Source of the DNA: the human T2T-CHM13v2.0 reference genome, Homo sapiens
Length of the DNA: 64,000 bases
Strand: one strand, 5' to 3'
Assembly: GCF_009914755.1 (NCBI RefSeq)
Contig: NC_060926.1
Part shown: positions 62,565 through 64,000 of the stretch, piece by piece
Numbering within the stretch: position 1 is the stretch's first letter
How the letters are laid out: each line of letters begins with the position of its first letter
Position numbers and translations under genes: made by a program
The notes under the pieces: generated by a model
Databases searched by the model: none
What the model was told of the DNA's origin: nothing
The model's input: only the letters and a program-made list of their open reading frames with translations

Positions 62565-63430
62565 TCGATCATTCAACAATGCCTAGCAGGTGCCTACCAT
62601 GTGCCAGACACTGTTCTAGGAACTGAAAATCGAATTGTTTTTTAAAGTCCCCCCAAACATGCCTTTTCTCTAAGCTTTTACATAACACAAATTTCCTGCT
62701 TAACGCCCCAGACTACTTCATGGTAAATACATAAGATGCGTTTATTAAACATTTGCTGGGAAATAAATGTGTGCTTGCAACAAATTCCTTTACAGTGAAT
62801 ACATCTTCTCAACAAAAGCTTGTTTTCCTTATCTAAGGTCGCAAAGAAATCACTTACTTTACTCTCTCACCCCATATACATAAGTACCTGCTATTTGTCA
62901 AGTGGTCTGCTAGCCCTGGAGGTAAAATGAAAAGCCAGACATATTCCCTGCTTTCAAAGATTACACAATCTATCCAGGGAGATGGACAAATAAGCAGAAA
63001 ATCGTCCTAGAATATAACAACTCTAAAACATCTCAATAAGTGCTGAGATCAGGGAGGTCTTCCAAGTGGAGGTGGCCCTTGAGCTATGTCTTAGAGGATG
63101 AATTTGAGTTTTCTGAGCATTGAGGGAGAGGTAGCCGGTCCGAAGAGCACAGCATAGGCAAGGCCCAGTGGAACGAAGGGACAGCTGGTCAGCGTGGCTA
63201 AGAGGCTGCCTGGGTGTTGGGAGAGAGACCAGGGAAGAAGCAAGCCAAGGCTTACGCAGCGCCAGAGGACTCACACTCGATCCCAGGGCAGCAAGAAGCT
63301 ACTGAAGGATCCCAGCAGAAGAGGGCCCACATCCCATCCAGAGACAAGAAACGAATCTCTGCCAGCGTGACAGAGGATGCTCTTATGGGTAGGGGTGAGG
63401 AGGTATGTCCAGAGGCAAAAGATCAGAAAT
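62565..63430 (-). mobile_element. L2 fragments
   Basis: cattcaacaat...tgcctaccatgtgccagacactgttctagg; ccttgagctatgtcttagaggatga; gaagctactgaaggat. Confidence 0.6.
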
Positions 63431-64000
63431 GAAATCATTTGGGAAGAGTCACAAGCTTTTAGATTGACAAACTGAGAGCTAACCTCAACTATTCACATTT
63501 ATTTACCCCTGTCTTCAAAAGAAATCCCTGTTCCACTTCCCCTCACCATCTTAAAAAACCCAACCATTTCAAGTCGAGATACCCCAGATTATCCTTGGGC
63601 CAGAATAAATGCACACAGAGAGAATCTGGGACTTCCAGAGTAGGCATGAGGGGGTACAGAGTCCAGGCCCGACCTTGCTTCCGTTTGTTGGCGTTTTTGC
63701 CGCAATGCGGCTGGAGCTCTGCGGGGCCACAGTTCCCTGTACTGGAGCTCCACTCTCGGGTGCAGTCCTCACACAACCACGTGCCATTTGTTGTCAGAAT
63801 AATTAACCAGAATGGAAAAGCGAGTTCATTAAGATTTGACAAGAAGATACCAATCCCAGCACCCAGACCTCACCAGCTTTCATGAAGAGCATGGCAGAGT
63901 GCAGGGAGCTGGCTGCCTCTGCCTGCAGATGGGAAAGCATGCAGCCATCCCATGGGAAATCAGCCATGGTTCTCAAGCTCTGTCCCCAGCGGAACACGTG

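Overview
This window is primate (human-like) non-coding genomic DNA, not microbial sequence. It carries seven Alu elements, THE1/MST/MLT1 MaLR LTRs, ERV1-class LTRs (MER4, LTR1/27-like, MER39-like), an LTR47-like solo LTR, L1, L2, MIR and a Tigger3a-like DNA transposon. I recognise no protein-coding gene, RNA gene or CRISPR array. The longest ORFs in the track come from tandem repeats, interspersed repeats or GC-rich chance. The left ~40 kb is relatively GC-rich, has no Alu that I can see, and holds several unrelated tandem arrays: two CA-rich arrays, a 16-bp GATA/E-box/TGCATG array with a ~90-bp higher-order repeat, a 45-bp palindrome-dense repeat and a 24/28-bp G-rich VNTR. The right part is more AT-rich and dominated by nested retroelements. 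The most interesting leads are the motif content of two of these arrays, a few well-formed but unassigned candidate exons, a recursive-splice-like site, a tight inverted Alu pair, a twin-primed L1 and an AGGTCA expansion inside an LTR promoter. None of these demonstrates a new biological system; they are hypotheses. Repeat subfamily names are from memory of consensus sequences and boundaries are approximate.
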